DNA of 64,000 nucleotides, taken from NCBI GenBank assembly GCA_964389675.1, contig CAYMEV010000010.1, forward strand, positions 62,001-126,000. Direction: 5' to 3'. The notes under the pieces were generated by a model, which saw nothing but the letters and a program-made list of their open reading frames with translations, did no database searches and was not told where the DNA came from. The DNA comes from an uncultured Candidatus Sumerlaeota bacterium. Its GTDB lineage: Bacteria > CAYMEV01. Both the position numbers and the translations under genes were made by a program. Positions 18,883-27,890 of this stretch are shown here, piece after piece; positions within the stretch are counted from its first letter, which is position 1; each line of letters starts with the position of its first letter.

Positions 18883-19015
18883 ATAGAATGAATTCGAAAG
18901 GCTCCATTGAAATTATCTCAAGGAGGGATCCGCAATCACTGCATTCTATCAGATCCCCTTCAATGTTTCCATCCGGCTTATTTATCTCGCATCCGCAAAT
19001 TGGGCATATATTCAT
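18863..19015 (-). CDS. LysW-like zinc-ribbon small protein (50 aa), not in ORF track
   Basis: Translated by hand: MNICPICGCEINKPDGNIEGDLIECSDCGSLLEIISMEPFEFILYEEPEK. RBS AAGGAG at 19024-19029. Overlaps the NlpC start. Confidence 0.8.
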   Translation of the reverse strand: MNICPICGCEINKPDGNIEGDLIECSDCGSLLEIISMEPFEFILYEEPEK

Positions 19016-19142
19016 TTACTTATCTCCTTGATTACAGGCTTATGGAATTCTAATATAAATTGACATTATTTCAATATATTTTGACATCGGCTGGAATTTA
19101 TTTATTATTTTTTACCTGCAGGCAATATTAAAGGAGTTTTTT

Positions 19143-19907
19143 TTGGAAAGCACGCTATCAGGCCCGGAAATCGCATCAGGCGGAGTATGGTTAGCTATTG
19201 CTGATATCCATTTAAGATCGGAGGACAATGCAGGTGAAGAGATGCTCCTTAAGCTTCTCGATAAATATGAAGATAGGCTGGGAGGATTGATTCTGCTGGG
19301 AGATATATTTGATATCTGGTTTGGCTATAAACATGCAATATTCTTCCAGGCAATCAGATTTTTAGCAAAATTAAAGGACCTGTCATTAAGAGGAATTCCA
19401 ATTATCTATCTCGAGGGAAACCATGATTTTTACCTGAAAGGCTTCTTTAAGGATTATATAAGGGCAGATGTAAGAAGATCTGCTGAACTCGAGCTTTTTA
19501 GCAAAAAAATATATGCCTCTCACGGGGATGAGTTCAATTATGATAAGATAGATTACAGAATTACCCGCAGCCTCATGTCCAGCAGGTTACTGCAGTTTCT
19601 TGTATCATTACTTCCTGTTGACCTTTGCTTCAGGCTTTTCAGTGTCTTTTCAGGCTTATCCAGAAGGTTCAGCAAAAAGAAGGAGTATGATACTGAGAGG
19701 TATATCAGCAATATAGCCAGGCGTTTCAGGTCAAAAGATGCAGAAATAATCCTGACGGCACATAATCATATTGAAATGGACATTGAGATCAGGGTTGATG
19801 ACAGAGCTGTAAGAATAATGAACCCCGGGTCCTTTCAGGACAGTTTGAAGTACATAGTCATAAGCAAAGAAGTAACAGAGCTTAGGACTTTAGATGCCTT
19901 ATCCTGA
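19143..19907 (+). CDS. lpxH: UDP-2,3-diacylglucosamine pyrophosphatase (metallophosphoesterase)
   Basis: DIH, GDIFDIW, EGNHD, HGD, AHNH and NPG motifs. TTG start after AAGGAG. Confidence 0.8.
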   Translation: MESTLSGPEIASGGVWLAIADIHLRSEDNAGEEMLLKLLDKYEDRLGGLILLGDIFDIWFGYKHAIFFQAIRFLAKLKDLSLRGIPIIYLEGNHDFYLKGFFKDYIRADVRRSAELELFSKKIYASHGDEFNYDKIDYRITRSLMSSRLLQFLVSLLPVDLCFRLFSVFSGLSRRFSKKKEYDTERYISNIARRFRSKDAEIILTAHNHIEMDIEIRVDDRAVRIMNPGSFQDSLKYIVISKEVTELRTLDALS

Positions 19908-20084
19908 AATCCTCAGGCGTTCATATTAATGATAACAGGCTCCTGAGCATCAGGGCCTGGAATATGGACCGCAACAAAACAGAGTTCCCTGCATTGGCAA
20001 AATAAGATTTGACTTTTTTCGCCAGGATATATAATATAAACAGGGTTTTTTGATATATTTATATTTAATAAGGGGGTTTTTATT

Positions 20085-20420
20085 TTGAGGCTGACTAAAG
20101 AGCAGATCAGAAATATAGCAGGTGAGGTAGTTAATCAGTTCAGGGCACAGGATGTCCTGGACCTTTCAGAGAATGCCTTTATTGAAATAGAGATGGAAGA
20201 TGGGTCAAAAAGGGTAAGCAGGCTGGATTATGATGGTATTATGCAGATAGTCCTGAAACTTCTTTATGATGATCTTATGAAAGAGGACAGGCTTAACGAA
20301 GAGGTCAGACAGATAATGCTTGATTACAGGGATGAAATTGATCAAAAAAACATCAGATATGGCGACCTCTTTAAAATGATCAAGAAAAAGCTTGCTCACG
20401 AAAGAGGTATAGTTCTCTGA
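20085..20420 (+). CDS. DUF507-family protein
   Basis: MRLTKEQI...EDRLNEEVR...LFKMIKKKLA.ERGIVL pattern. Confidence 0.7.
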   Translation: MRLTKEQIRNIAGEVVNQFRAQDVLDLSENAFIEIEMEDGSKRVSRLDYDGIMQIVLKLLYDDLMKEDRLNEEVRQIMLDYRDEIDQKNIRYGDLFKMIKKKLAHERGIVL

Positions 20421-20429
20421 TACAAAACC

Positions 20430-20873
20430 ATGAAGATTATCTCCAGGAACAAAAAGGCTTTTTTTAACTACTATATAGAAGAGAAAATAGAATCAGGAAT
20501 AGTACTTGCAGGTTCTGAGATAAAATCTGTAAGAGCCGGGAAGGTCAGCATAAGCGAAGCTTATGCCGTAATAAAGGAAAAAGAGGTATTTTTGCTGAAT
20601 TGCCGGATAAGCCCCTATGATCCTGCATCTGTTTTCAATCATAACCCTCTTAGAGAAAAAAAGCTTCTCCTGAAAAAAAGTGAAATACGAAAATTAGCTC
20701 AGAAGATAGAAAGAAAGGGATATACACTGATCCCACTGAGTATTTATATTGATGACAGGAATAAAGCCAAGATTGAACTTGGCCTGTGTATAGGGAAAAA
20801 GAACTACGATAAAAGAGATACTGAGAGAAAAAAGGAGATCATCCATGAAATTCAAAAAGCAGCTAAATACTAA
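20430..20873 (+). CDS. smpB: SsrA-binding protein
   Basis: NKKAFFNY, GIVLAGSEIKSVR, KLLLKKSEI and GKKNYDKR. Adjacent to tmRNA. Confidence 0.97.
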   Translation: MKIISRNKKAFFNYYIEEKIESGIVLAGSEIKSVRAGKVSISEAYAVIKEKEVFLLNCRISPYDPASVFNHNPLREKKLLLKKSEIRKLAQKIERKGYTLIPLSIYIDDRNKAKIELGLCIGKKNYDKRDTERKKEIIHEIQKAAKY

Positions 20874-20917
20874 ATTTCTTGATTTTATGGCCTGTCTGAC
20901 ATATAATGAATATTAAA

Positions 20918-21271
20918 GGGGGCGAAATGGTCTCGACGGGAATAGTTGAGAAAATACGGAAGCATGCCGAGTTGCTGCCATATCGTTAAAAGGGCAGAAG
21001 ACAATTAAACGCAAACAATAACTACGCTTTAGCTGCTTAATTACAAGCAGCCGTCTCTAATGGTCCGTGCTCAGGGGATCATAAGAGGCGAAATGAATCT
21101 GGGCTATCTTTTATTTCACTCCTTTTGTTATAAAAGAGAAAAGCTTTAAGGATAGGTTGCTTGGTTTTGTCAGATTATAAGGGCAGCCGAAATTCTGATA
21201 TCTGACTAAGCATGTAGATGCCTGTTTTCGAAGATTTCCGGACACGGGTTCGATTCCCGTCGCCTCCACCA
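20918..21271 (+). ncRNA. ssrA: tmRNA, tag reading frame ANNNYALAA* at 21011-21040
   Basis: 5' GGGGGCG pairs with 3' CGCCTCC-A-CCA with the G3.U wobble. T-arm GGGTTCGATTCCC. Tag GCA AAC AAT AAC TAC GCT TTA GCT GCT TAA. TATAAT at 20902-20907. Confidence 0.96.
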
Positions 21272-21437
21272 TAAGCATCATTATTGGATATCCTGGCCAA
21301 TTCAGGCAGGATATCTGCAATCCCCAGAAAAATGTTGTATTATATTCCGAAATAGTGTATCTTATGGATATCAGATGGTTATATGATATAACTTATTATT
21401 TAATAAATACTTATTCTTTTGGAATTGATTTATTTAG

Positions 21438-22967
21438 ATGAAAATATTTAAGCATTGCATTATTATTCCTGTTATAATCTGTATTCTCTTTTCTGCTGAT
21501 AACTCTGCTCAGGAAGCCAATATTCAGAGGTTTCCGCTGAAAATCATTCTTTATGACTCATCCAGCCAGAAAACAGATCATTTGTATAAGGTCGGCGAGG
21601 AGCTGTATTTCCCCGCAACTTTCTTTGAAACAACAGGCCTTGGAAAAATGGAAAAGGAAGGGGATATATTCATTCTTAAAACACCTGTATTTGACAGGAT
21701 AGAGATAAATGACAGCTATAAAGAAGTTATTTACAAGGGCCAGTCGGTTCATTTTTCAAATAATTTTTATATTTACAGGGATGAGATGCTTTTTCCTTAT
21801 GACCTGCTGAATATTATAATAGAGAACATCTATAATTATAATTTTTGCCTTTCACTTGAAAATCTGACCTTCTATCTCGGGAAAGCGGATGACTGCGTAC
21901 TTAAAGTCCTCTTATCCTTTTACCAGGGTAAAGCAGTAATAGATATCTATTTCAAGGAAAAAGGCCAGTATCTTATAAACAGGAAGAAAAACCAGATCGA
22001 GCTGATATATTTCAGCGGCAGTGTTGGTGCCTTCAGCTGGAAAAACAAATCTTATCCATTTTTCAGCATATATTCAGATAAAAGTGATAAAAATAAGATA
22101 TTGATATCACTGAAAAATGAGAATTTTGCTTTCAAGGAATCAAAACAGGCCGAAAACAAGCTTATAAGGATAGAAATTGACAGCCCGCTGATAGTACTTC
22201 CAGGTCAGGACGAAAAAAAACCTGAAATGGATCAGAGGCCCCTTCAGAATATCGTCATAGACCCAGGGCATGGTGGAGAAGATACCGGGGCAATAGGGTA
22301 TTATAATATCAAGGAGAAGGATATTACCCTGGATATAGCACTAATACTGAAAAGACTGATAGAAAAATACCTGGGAATGAATGTAATAATCACACGTGAT
22401 GAGGATAAGACCATAAGCCTGAATGAAAGGGTTGATATTGCCAATGCAAGCAATGGAGATCTCTTTGTAAGCATCCACGCAAATTGGTCCAGGTACAGGC
22501 AAGCAAAAGGCTTTGAGGTTTTTTATGCAAATACATATGCCAGTGATGATGATTCTCTCTTAATTTCAAAAATTGAGAATCTCTCATTAACTGATGCTGA
22601 TATAGAGAATAAAAATATTGCAGACCTGGATTATGTCCTATGGGATTTAGCTCAATCGGAATTCCTGGAAGAGAGCATGGAGTTTTCATCCATTATAAAC
22701 GATTATGCAGTGAAGGAACTCAATATCCTCAACAGGGGCGTTAAGCAGGCACCCTTTTTTGTATTGCTTGGGGCCAATATGCCGGCGGCACTTGTTGAAA
22801 TTGGCTTTATAACGAATAAAAACGAGGCTAAGATAATGCAGACAAAAGAGTATCAGACAAAGCTTGCAAATGTAATATTCGTGGCGATAAGGGAATACAG
22901 GAACAGATTTAACAGAAGGAGAGGAATATCTGACCATCACTATTTTGAGATTATTCCCGGGTATTAG
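21438..22967 (+). CDS. N-acetylmuramoyl-L-alanine amidase (Amidase_3), exported
   Basis: Signal peptide, IDPGHGGED.GA, EKDITL, SIHAN and LVEIGFITN. Confidence 0.9.
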   Translation: MKIFKHCIIIPVIICILFSADNSAQEANIQRFPLKIILYDSSSQKTDHLYKVGEELYFPATFFETTGLGKMEKEGDIFILKTPVFDRIEINDSYKEVIYKGQSVHFSNNFYIYRDEMLFPYDLLNIIIENIYNYNFCLSLENLTFYLGKADDCVLKVLLSFYQGKAVIDIYFKEKGQYLINRKKNQIELIYFSGSVGAFSWKNKSYPFFSIYSDKSDKNKILISLKNENFAFKESKQAENKLIRIEIDSPLIVLPGQDEKKPEMDQRPLQNIVIDPGHGGEDTGAIGYYNIKEKDITLDIALILKRLIEKYLGMNVIITRDEDKTISLNERVDIANASNGDLFVSIHANWSRYRQAKGFEVFYANTYASDDDSLLISKIENLSLTDADIENKNIADLDYVLWDLAQSEFLEESMEFSSIINDYAVKELNILNRGVKQAPFFVLLGANMPAALVEIGFITNKNEAKIMQTKEYQTKLANVIFVAIREYRNRFNRRRGISDHHYFEIIPGY

Positions 22968-22970
22968 ATT

Positions 22971-23528
22971 ATGAAAAAATATATTTCTGCATTAATCTTA
23001 TTGCTTATAGTGTCAGCACTTATATATTTTTTTTTAAATTACAGGATTTTGCCAAGGGATCCATATAAATATATTATCAAACAGGAAATAGACTACAGGG
23101 AATCTTCTTCATTAATGAATTCCACCATATTTTATCCCAGCAGGAAAACAGGCAGAATAGAGAAGAAAACTCTGCCGCTTCCAAGGGTAAGGGATAATAA
23201 TGATAAGATCTCAATAATAATTGCTGAATACCTGAAAGCTTCTGAGCTTGATGAAATAGTGATTAAAAGTGTTTTTTATTCCCAAAAAACTCATATCCTG
23301 TACATTGATTTCAGGCAGTTTTCCCTCCCGGCTGACGGCGGGGCAATTGATGAATATCTGTTTTTGTATGGACTTATAAAAAATATTGATTATAGTTTCC
23401 CTTTTGTATTTGGAGTGCAGTTTATGAAGAACGGAAAATATGAAAACAGTCTTAATGGGCATATCAGCATAAGTGATCCAATAATTATAAAGGGATTTTT
23501 ACTGGGCGGAGGATGTAATGAGACTTGA
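22971..23528 (+). CDS. GerMN-domain membrane protein
   Basis: N-terminal TM, LYIDF..., GG..DE..., VQF..NG....LNGHI. Usual position between amidase and rph. Confidence 0.65.
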   Translation: MKKYISALILLLIVSALIYFFLNYRILPRDPYKYIIKQEIDYRESSSLMNSTIFYPSRKTGRIEKKTLPLPRVRDNNDKISIIIAEYLKASELDEIVIKSVFYSQKTHILYIDFRQFSLPADGGAIDEYLFLYGLIKNIDYSFPFVFGVQFMKNGKYENSLNGHISISDPIIIKGFLLGGGCNET

Positions 23529-24234
23529 TAATCGTGATGATACAGCATTAAGAAGCATAAAATGCGAAGTTGGCATAAATAAGTGGGCTGAAGGAAGCTG
23601 TATTTTTGAAATGGGCCAGACAATTGTATATTGCACTGCTACTATTGAAGACAAGGTACCTTTTTTTCTTAAGGGGAAAAACAGCGGCTGGGTAACAGCA
23701 GAGTATTCAATGCTCCCTCGTTCAACAGAGAAAAGGGTAATGAGAGATATTAAAAACGGCAGACCGAGCGGGAGAAGTCAGGAAATTCAAAGGCTTATCG
23801 GGAGGTCTCTTAGAGCTGGAATATTTCTTGATATGCTCGGTGAAAGAACAGTTACTATCGATTGCGATGTACTGCAGGCCGACGGCGGGACCAGAACAGC
23901 ATCCATTAACGGCGGTTTTGTTGCTCTTTATGATGCTTTAAGCAGGATTTACAGGGGCAGTAACAGCTTAAAATCCGTGGTCAAGGGTTTTATTAGCGCT
24001 GTAAGTATAGGCATAATAAATAACAAGATGCTTCTGGACCTTAATTATTATGAGGATTCAATTGCTGATGTGGATATGAATTTTGTAATGAATGATAAGG
24101 GCAGTATAATTGAGATACAGGGCTCTGCTGAGAAGAGGGCATTTAGCAGGAAGAGCCTTGTGAATATGTGTGAACTGGCTGAGAAGGGAATATCCAGGAT
24201 TCTGGATGCTCAGGCAAAAGCACTGAACCTGTAA
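23518..24234 (+). CDS. rph: Ribonuclease PH
   Basis: GWVTAEYSMLPRST, EIQRLIGRSLR and DCDVLQADGGTRTASING. Confidence 0.97.
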   Translation: MRLDNRDDTALRSIKCEVGINKWAEGSCIFEMGQTIVYCTATIEDKVPFFLKGKNSGWVTAEYSMLPRSTEKRVMRDIKNGRPSGRSQEIQRLIGRSLRAGIFLDMLGERTVTIDCDVLQADGGTRTASINGGFVALYDALSRIYRGSNSLKSVVKGFISAVSIGIINNKMLLDLNYYEDSIADVDMNFVMNDKGSIIEIQGSAEKRAFSRKSLVNMCELAEKGISRILDAQAKALNL

Positions 24235-24240
24235 AAAAAT

Positions 24241-25134
24241 ATGATTTTTTTCTTCTTAAAAGAGACTAAGGACAATATTGCAAAAAATGCCTTCCTGACA
24301 GCTTCCACTGTTTTTATCTTCTCAATCATTCTTTTTATCTTTGGCATTTATTATTTCGGTTATCGTCAGCTATCCTTTATTATAAGGGATATCAGGGGAG
24401 ATACGAATCTAAGGGTATTTTTTAAGACTGATTCTGAGGAGGCTGAGATAGAGAAGTTTATAAACAGGCTGAAAGAAAAGGGGTATTTTGACAGGATTAA
24501 TTTTATAGGAAGGGATGAAGCATTAGAAGAGTTTTATGATAAAAACCCCCATTTGAGGATATCAATGGGAGACCTGGAGATGAACCCGCTTCCTCACAGT
24601 CTTGAACTTGAACTTAACAGAGATATTGAGGACCTTGAAGAAATAAAAGCATATATCAGCAAGCTGGAAAAAGTACCTGTTGTCGATGAAATTATCTACA
24701 GCCGGGAATGGGTTGATAAATTCAGCAGGATAGTAATATTATCAAAATATATATCATTATTTATCGGCATAGTGCTGTTAATCTTTTCTGTACTGATAAT
24801 CTTTATAATTACAAATCTGAACATATATTTCAGAAAAGATGTTATTGATATTATGAAATTAATAGGCTCTCCTTATAAAAACATCAAAGTCCCTGTCATA
24901 ATTGAGGGAATAATCAACGGGATGATCGCTGGAATTATCTCATCCGTGTTGCTCTATATTGTCATCAGCAATATCTACACCAAACTGATGGAATTGAGAG
25001 GCATATTTGAAAGTATCATTGTCTCCATTGATCTAGGTTTTTACCTCTGGATAATATTTTTCGGGGTTATATGCAGTTTTGCCGGTTCATTGACTGCGAT
25101 TGAGTTTTACCTTCACAGGGAAAAGAAACTATGA
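24241..25134 (+). CDS. ftsX: Cell division permease FtsX
   Basis: TM1, periplasmic domain with EAL...NPLP, then IMKLIG....I..P...EG and 3 TMs. Confidence 0.85.
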   Translation: MIFFFLKETKDNIAKNAFLTASTVFIFSIILFIFGIYYFGYRQLSFIIRDIRGDTNLRVFFKTDSEEAEIEKFINRLKEKGYFDRINFIGRDEALEEFYDKNPHLRISMGDLEMNPLPHSLELELNRDIEDLEEIKAYISKLEKVPVVDEIIYSREWVDKFSRIVILSKYISLFIGIVLLIFSVLIIFIITNLNIYFRKDVIDIMKLIGSPYKNIKVPVIIEGIINGMIAGIISSVLLYIVISNIYTKLMELRGIFESIIVSIDLGFYLWIIFFGVICSFAGSLTAIEFYLHREKKL

Positions 25135-26612
25135 GATCCATAATTATATGGTTTTTTGCCCTGCTGTTATTTACAAGCATTTATGGATTATCCTTTGATA
25201 TAGATATCAGCAGCAATATAGCCAGGGAGATAGAGAATTTAAGGAAAATAAATAAGGAAATAATTGATAGAGAACGTATAATACATGAGTTGGAAAAAGA
25301 AAAGGACAGCCTGATTATCAGTATTGAGATTCTGAATAATAAGATTATGATTAACAAAAAGCAGATAGAGATTATAAATAATAAACTTGATGAGATCAGG
25401 GTTAACATTGAACAGCTTGACCAGGAAAAAGAACAATATCTGAAGAAGCTGAAGCAGCTCAGGGAATGCATAAACAAAAGAATGCTTAATATTTACAAAT
25501 ACGGCAAGCACAATATTTTTGAATCATTTATATTCTCAAGTGATATAAATGAGGTCTTATCATTTGTAATGTACAATAAGTACATTTTGAACTATGAGAA
25601 CCGGTTATTTCAGGAGTTCTATGAGTATATGCATAAGCTGGAGTCCAGGGAACATGAGCTTAAAAAGGAACATGCTTCGAGAAAAGCAGTTCTCGAACTG
25701 AAAAACGATACTTTATCAGAGCTCAATATGGATATTAAAAATAAAAACATTATTATAGACAGGATCTCCAATGACATTATACAGCATGGGAGATATCTTG
25801 ATGAGATTGAAGCAACATCAGCAGAAATAAACAAATTTATTATGGAACTGGAAGCAATAAATCAGGATCAATTGGCTGAAGTCGGTGAAAATAATGCTGA
25901 ACCAGTCCATTACCCAAAATATACAGAGGAAAATAATTCTTCTTCCGCTCATGCAGTTTCTGATGATGATGTTTCAGGCAATGGCGATGGGAAAACAGAT
26001 GAAGATCAGGATTATCAGGTAAGACAGGCCGAAAGCATTTCGGAAATATCAGGAGAGCCTGGCACAGATTCTGAAACTGGGCATGTTGTCGAAAAAGATG
26101 GTGCAATGCCTGAAGAGATCAGTACAGAGGAAAATACAGCGAAAAATGATCTGGACCTGGATATGCAGGCGAAACTTGAGAGAATGAGGGAGCTTCAGAC
26201 ACAAGACTTCCAGAAAATGAAGGGAAAACTGAAATGGCCCGTATCAGGCAGGATTATGCTCAGGTATGGGAAAATATATAATAATAGGTTTAACACATAT
26301 TATTTCCATAATGGAATTGATATTGAAGCAGACACAGGTAGCCCTGTTAAATGCGTATATTATGGGCAGGTAGTATTCAGAGGATGGTATAAGGGATATG
26401 GGAATCTCATCATTATAGACCATAAAAAGGGCTATTACACTCTATACGCTCACCTGGAAAAGATAATAGTGGAAAAGGGAGATATGGTTGCTGAAAACGA
26501 TATAATAGGTATATCAGGAGATACAGGCTCGCTGAAGGGCCCGATACTGTATTTTGAGATACGGAGATATAAAAAAACTTACAACCCGACTGAATGGTTG
26601 TCCAGGAGATAA
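25131..26612 (+). CDS. envC: EnvC-like coiled-coil / degenerate M23 amidase activator
   Basis: Signal peptide, long coiled coil, KGKLKWPVSG, HNGIDI and YAHL. The HxH motif is replaced by PILYFEIR, as in EnvC. Confidence 0.8.
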   Translation: MRSIIIWFFALLLFTSIYGLSFDIDISSNIAREIENLRKINKEIIDRERIIHELEKEKDSLIISIEILNNKIMINKKQIEIINNKLDEIRVNIEQLDQEKEQYLKKLKQLRECINKRMLNIYKYGKHNIFESFIFSSDINEVLSFVMYNKYILNYENRLFQEFYEYMHKLESREHELKKEHASRKAVLELKNDTLSELNMDIKNKNIIIDRISNDIIQHGRYLDEIEATSAEINKFIMELEAINQDQLAEVGENNAEPVHYPKYTEENNSSSAHAVSDDDVSGNGDGKTDEDQDYQVRQAESISEISGEPGTDSETGHVVEKDGAMPEEISTEENTAKNDLDLDMQAKLERMRELQTQDFQKMKGKLKWPVSGRIMLRYGKIYNNRFNTYYFHNGIDIEADTGSPVKCVYYGQVVFRGWYKGYGNLIIIDHKKGYYTLYAHLEKIIVEKGDMVAENDIIGISGDTGSLKGPILYFEIRRYKKTYNPTEWLSRR

Positions 26613-26616
26613 TTCA

Positions 26617-27864
26617 ATGAAAAAGACCCTGTTGGTAATTATTCTATTATTGTTTATAACCCCGAAATTCATGTGCTCAGATCTGGATGACGGAACTCTA
26701 AGGGGTATTGAGAAGATTAATGAGATCATGTTCCTGGTTTCAAATTTCTATGTTGAGAATAAATCCCCTCAGCAGATCTTTATAGGAGCGGCAGAAGGCA
26801 TGATCAGAAGGTTAGGCGCAGGTGCAGAGCTATTTCATGATCTGAAAGGCTATGAGGAATATAAAAAGCGTGGAGGGGACAGTTTGAAATCCGGGATCAA
26901 TTTCCTTGCAAGGGGCGGGTGGAACCAGGTAGTAAATGTTCATGATTTTGGGCTATTTTTAAATCTTGGCCTGATGCCCGGGGATATTCTGTATAATATA
27001 GGAGACAAATACCTGGATAATATGACAGCAGATGAACTGATAATGACCATTTACAGAGCCATGCTGGAAAAGAAAGGGCTGAAGCTGACCCTTAAGAGAG
27101 CTAATCTGACTGTGCCGACAGATATAGACCTGGATAAGGACCCTGATTATTCTGCCTATGATTTAAAAAAGGCTGATATAGAAACTCTTGAAAATGATGC
27201 TCTTTCAGGAAGCCCAAATTTCATTTTAGCAGATAGGCTAAAGCTTAAAAGGGATGCAATGGTCGATCATATTGTTTTAAATAACCTGTCTGTAATAAAG
27301 ATAAGAGCATTAAACAGCAAAACCTATCCTGTTTTTCACGAATATCTGGCAAAGGCTAATAATATCTCAAGGGTCCTGGCCCTGGACCTTCGAAATTGCT
27401 CCTCAAGCAGCTTTGAGTCAATTAAGCCGTTTTTAAGGCTCTTTATTAAAAACAGATACATAGGGTATTATGAAGTAAAAAATGGCAAAAAAAATAAATT
27501 ATATATAGGGGAAGAGGATATCGAACCGTTGAACAGCCTTCCAGTGACAGTATTTATATCAAGGCAGACATACTGGTATGCTGAATTTTTTGCACAGCTC
27601 CTGAAAGATCACATCAATGCATATATTATCGGGGAAAAGAGCTTTGGAAGGGGAGATTACAAGGAGCTGTATTCCATTCTTGACGGAAGGTATTTCCTCC
27701 TGATCTCAACCGGCAAATTATATACCCTTAAAAGCAGGACTGCCTATAAAGATGGAGTAATGATTGATAAGGAGATCAATCCTGCTGATATCATATATAC
27801 TGATGAAGAATACAGGGATTTCCTTTACTCTGCGCAGGAAAGGATATCAAGCCTTATCAGATGA
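26617..27864 (+). CDS. S41A/CtpA-like PDZ protein with degenerate catalytic site
   Basis: ATG at 26617 after AGGAG. Signal peptide, FYVE....GM, PDZ GLMPGDIL, LDLRN and IGEKSFGRG. Sits in the ctpA slot between envC and the deacetylase. Confidence 0.65.
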   Translation: MKKTLLVIILLLFITPKFMCSDLDDGTLRGIEKINEIMFLVSNFYVENKSPQQIFIGAAEGMIRRLGAGAELFHDLKGYEEYKKRGGDSLKSGINFLARGGWNQVVNVHDFGLFLNLGLMPGDILYNIGDKYLDNMTADELIMTIYRAMLEKKGLKLTLKRANLTVPTDIDLDKDPDYSAYDLKKADIETLENDALSGSPNFILADRLKLKRDAMVDHIVLNNLSVIKIRALNSKTYPVFHEYLAKANNISRVLALDLRNCSSSSFESIKPFLRLFIKNRYIGYYEVKNGKKNKLYIGEEDIEPLNSLPVTVFISRQTYWYAEFFAQLLKDHINAYIIGEKSFGRGDYKELYSILDGRYFLLISTGKLYTLKSRTAYKDGVMIDKEINPADIIYTDEEYRDFLYSAQERISSLIR

Positions 27865-27890
27865 CAGGCATGAAGGAAGAAATATTATAG

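Noticed and set aside
21111-21320. 69-aa minus-strand ORF (VEATGIEPVS)
   Set aside because: Antisense translation of the tmRNA T-arm and acceptor stem, a known artefact.
21240-21437. Integrative element at the tmRNA 3' end
   Set aside because: No integrase follows and I saw no duplicate of the ssrA 3' end; housekeeping genes continue.
26220-26612. Missing HxH zinc motif in the M23 domain as a novelty
   Set aside because: Expected for EnvC-type activators.
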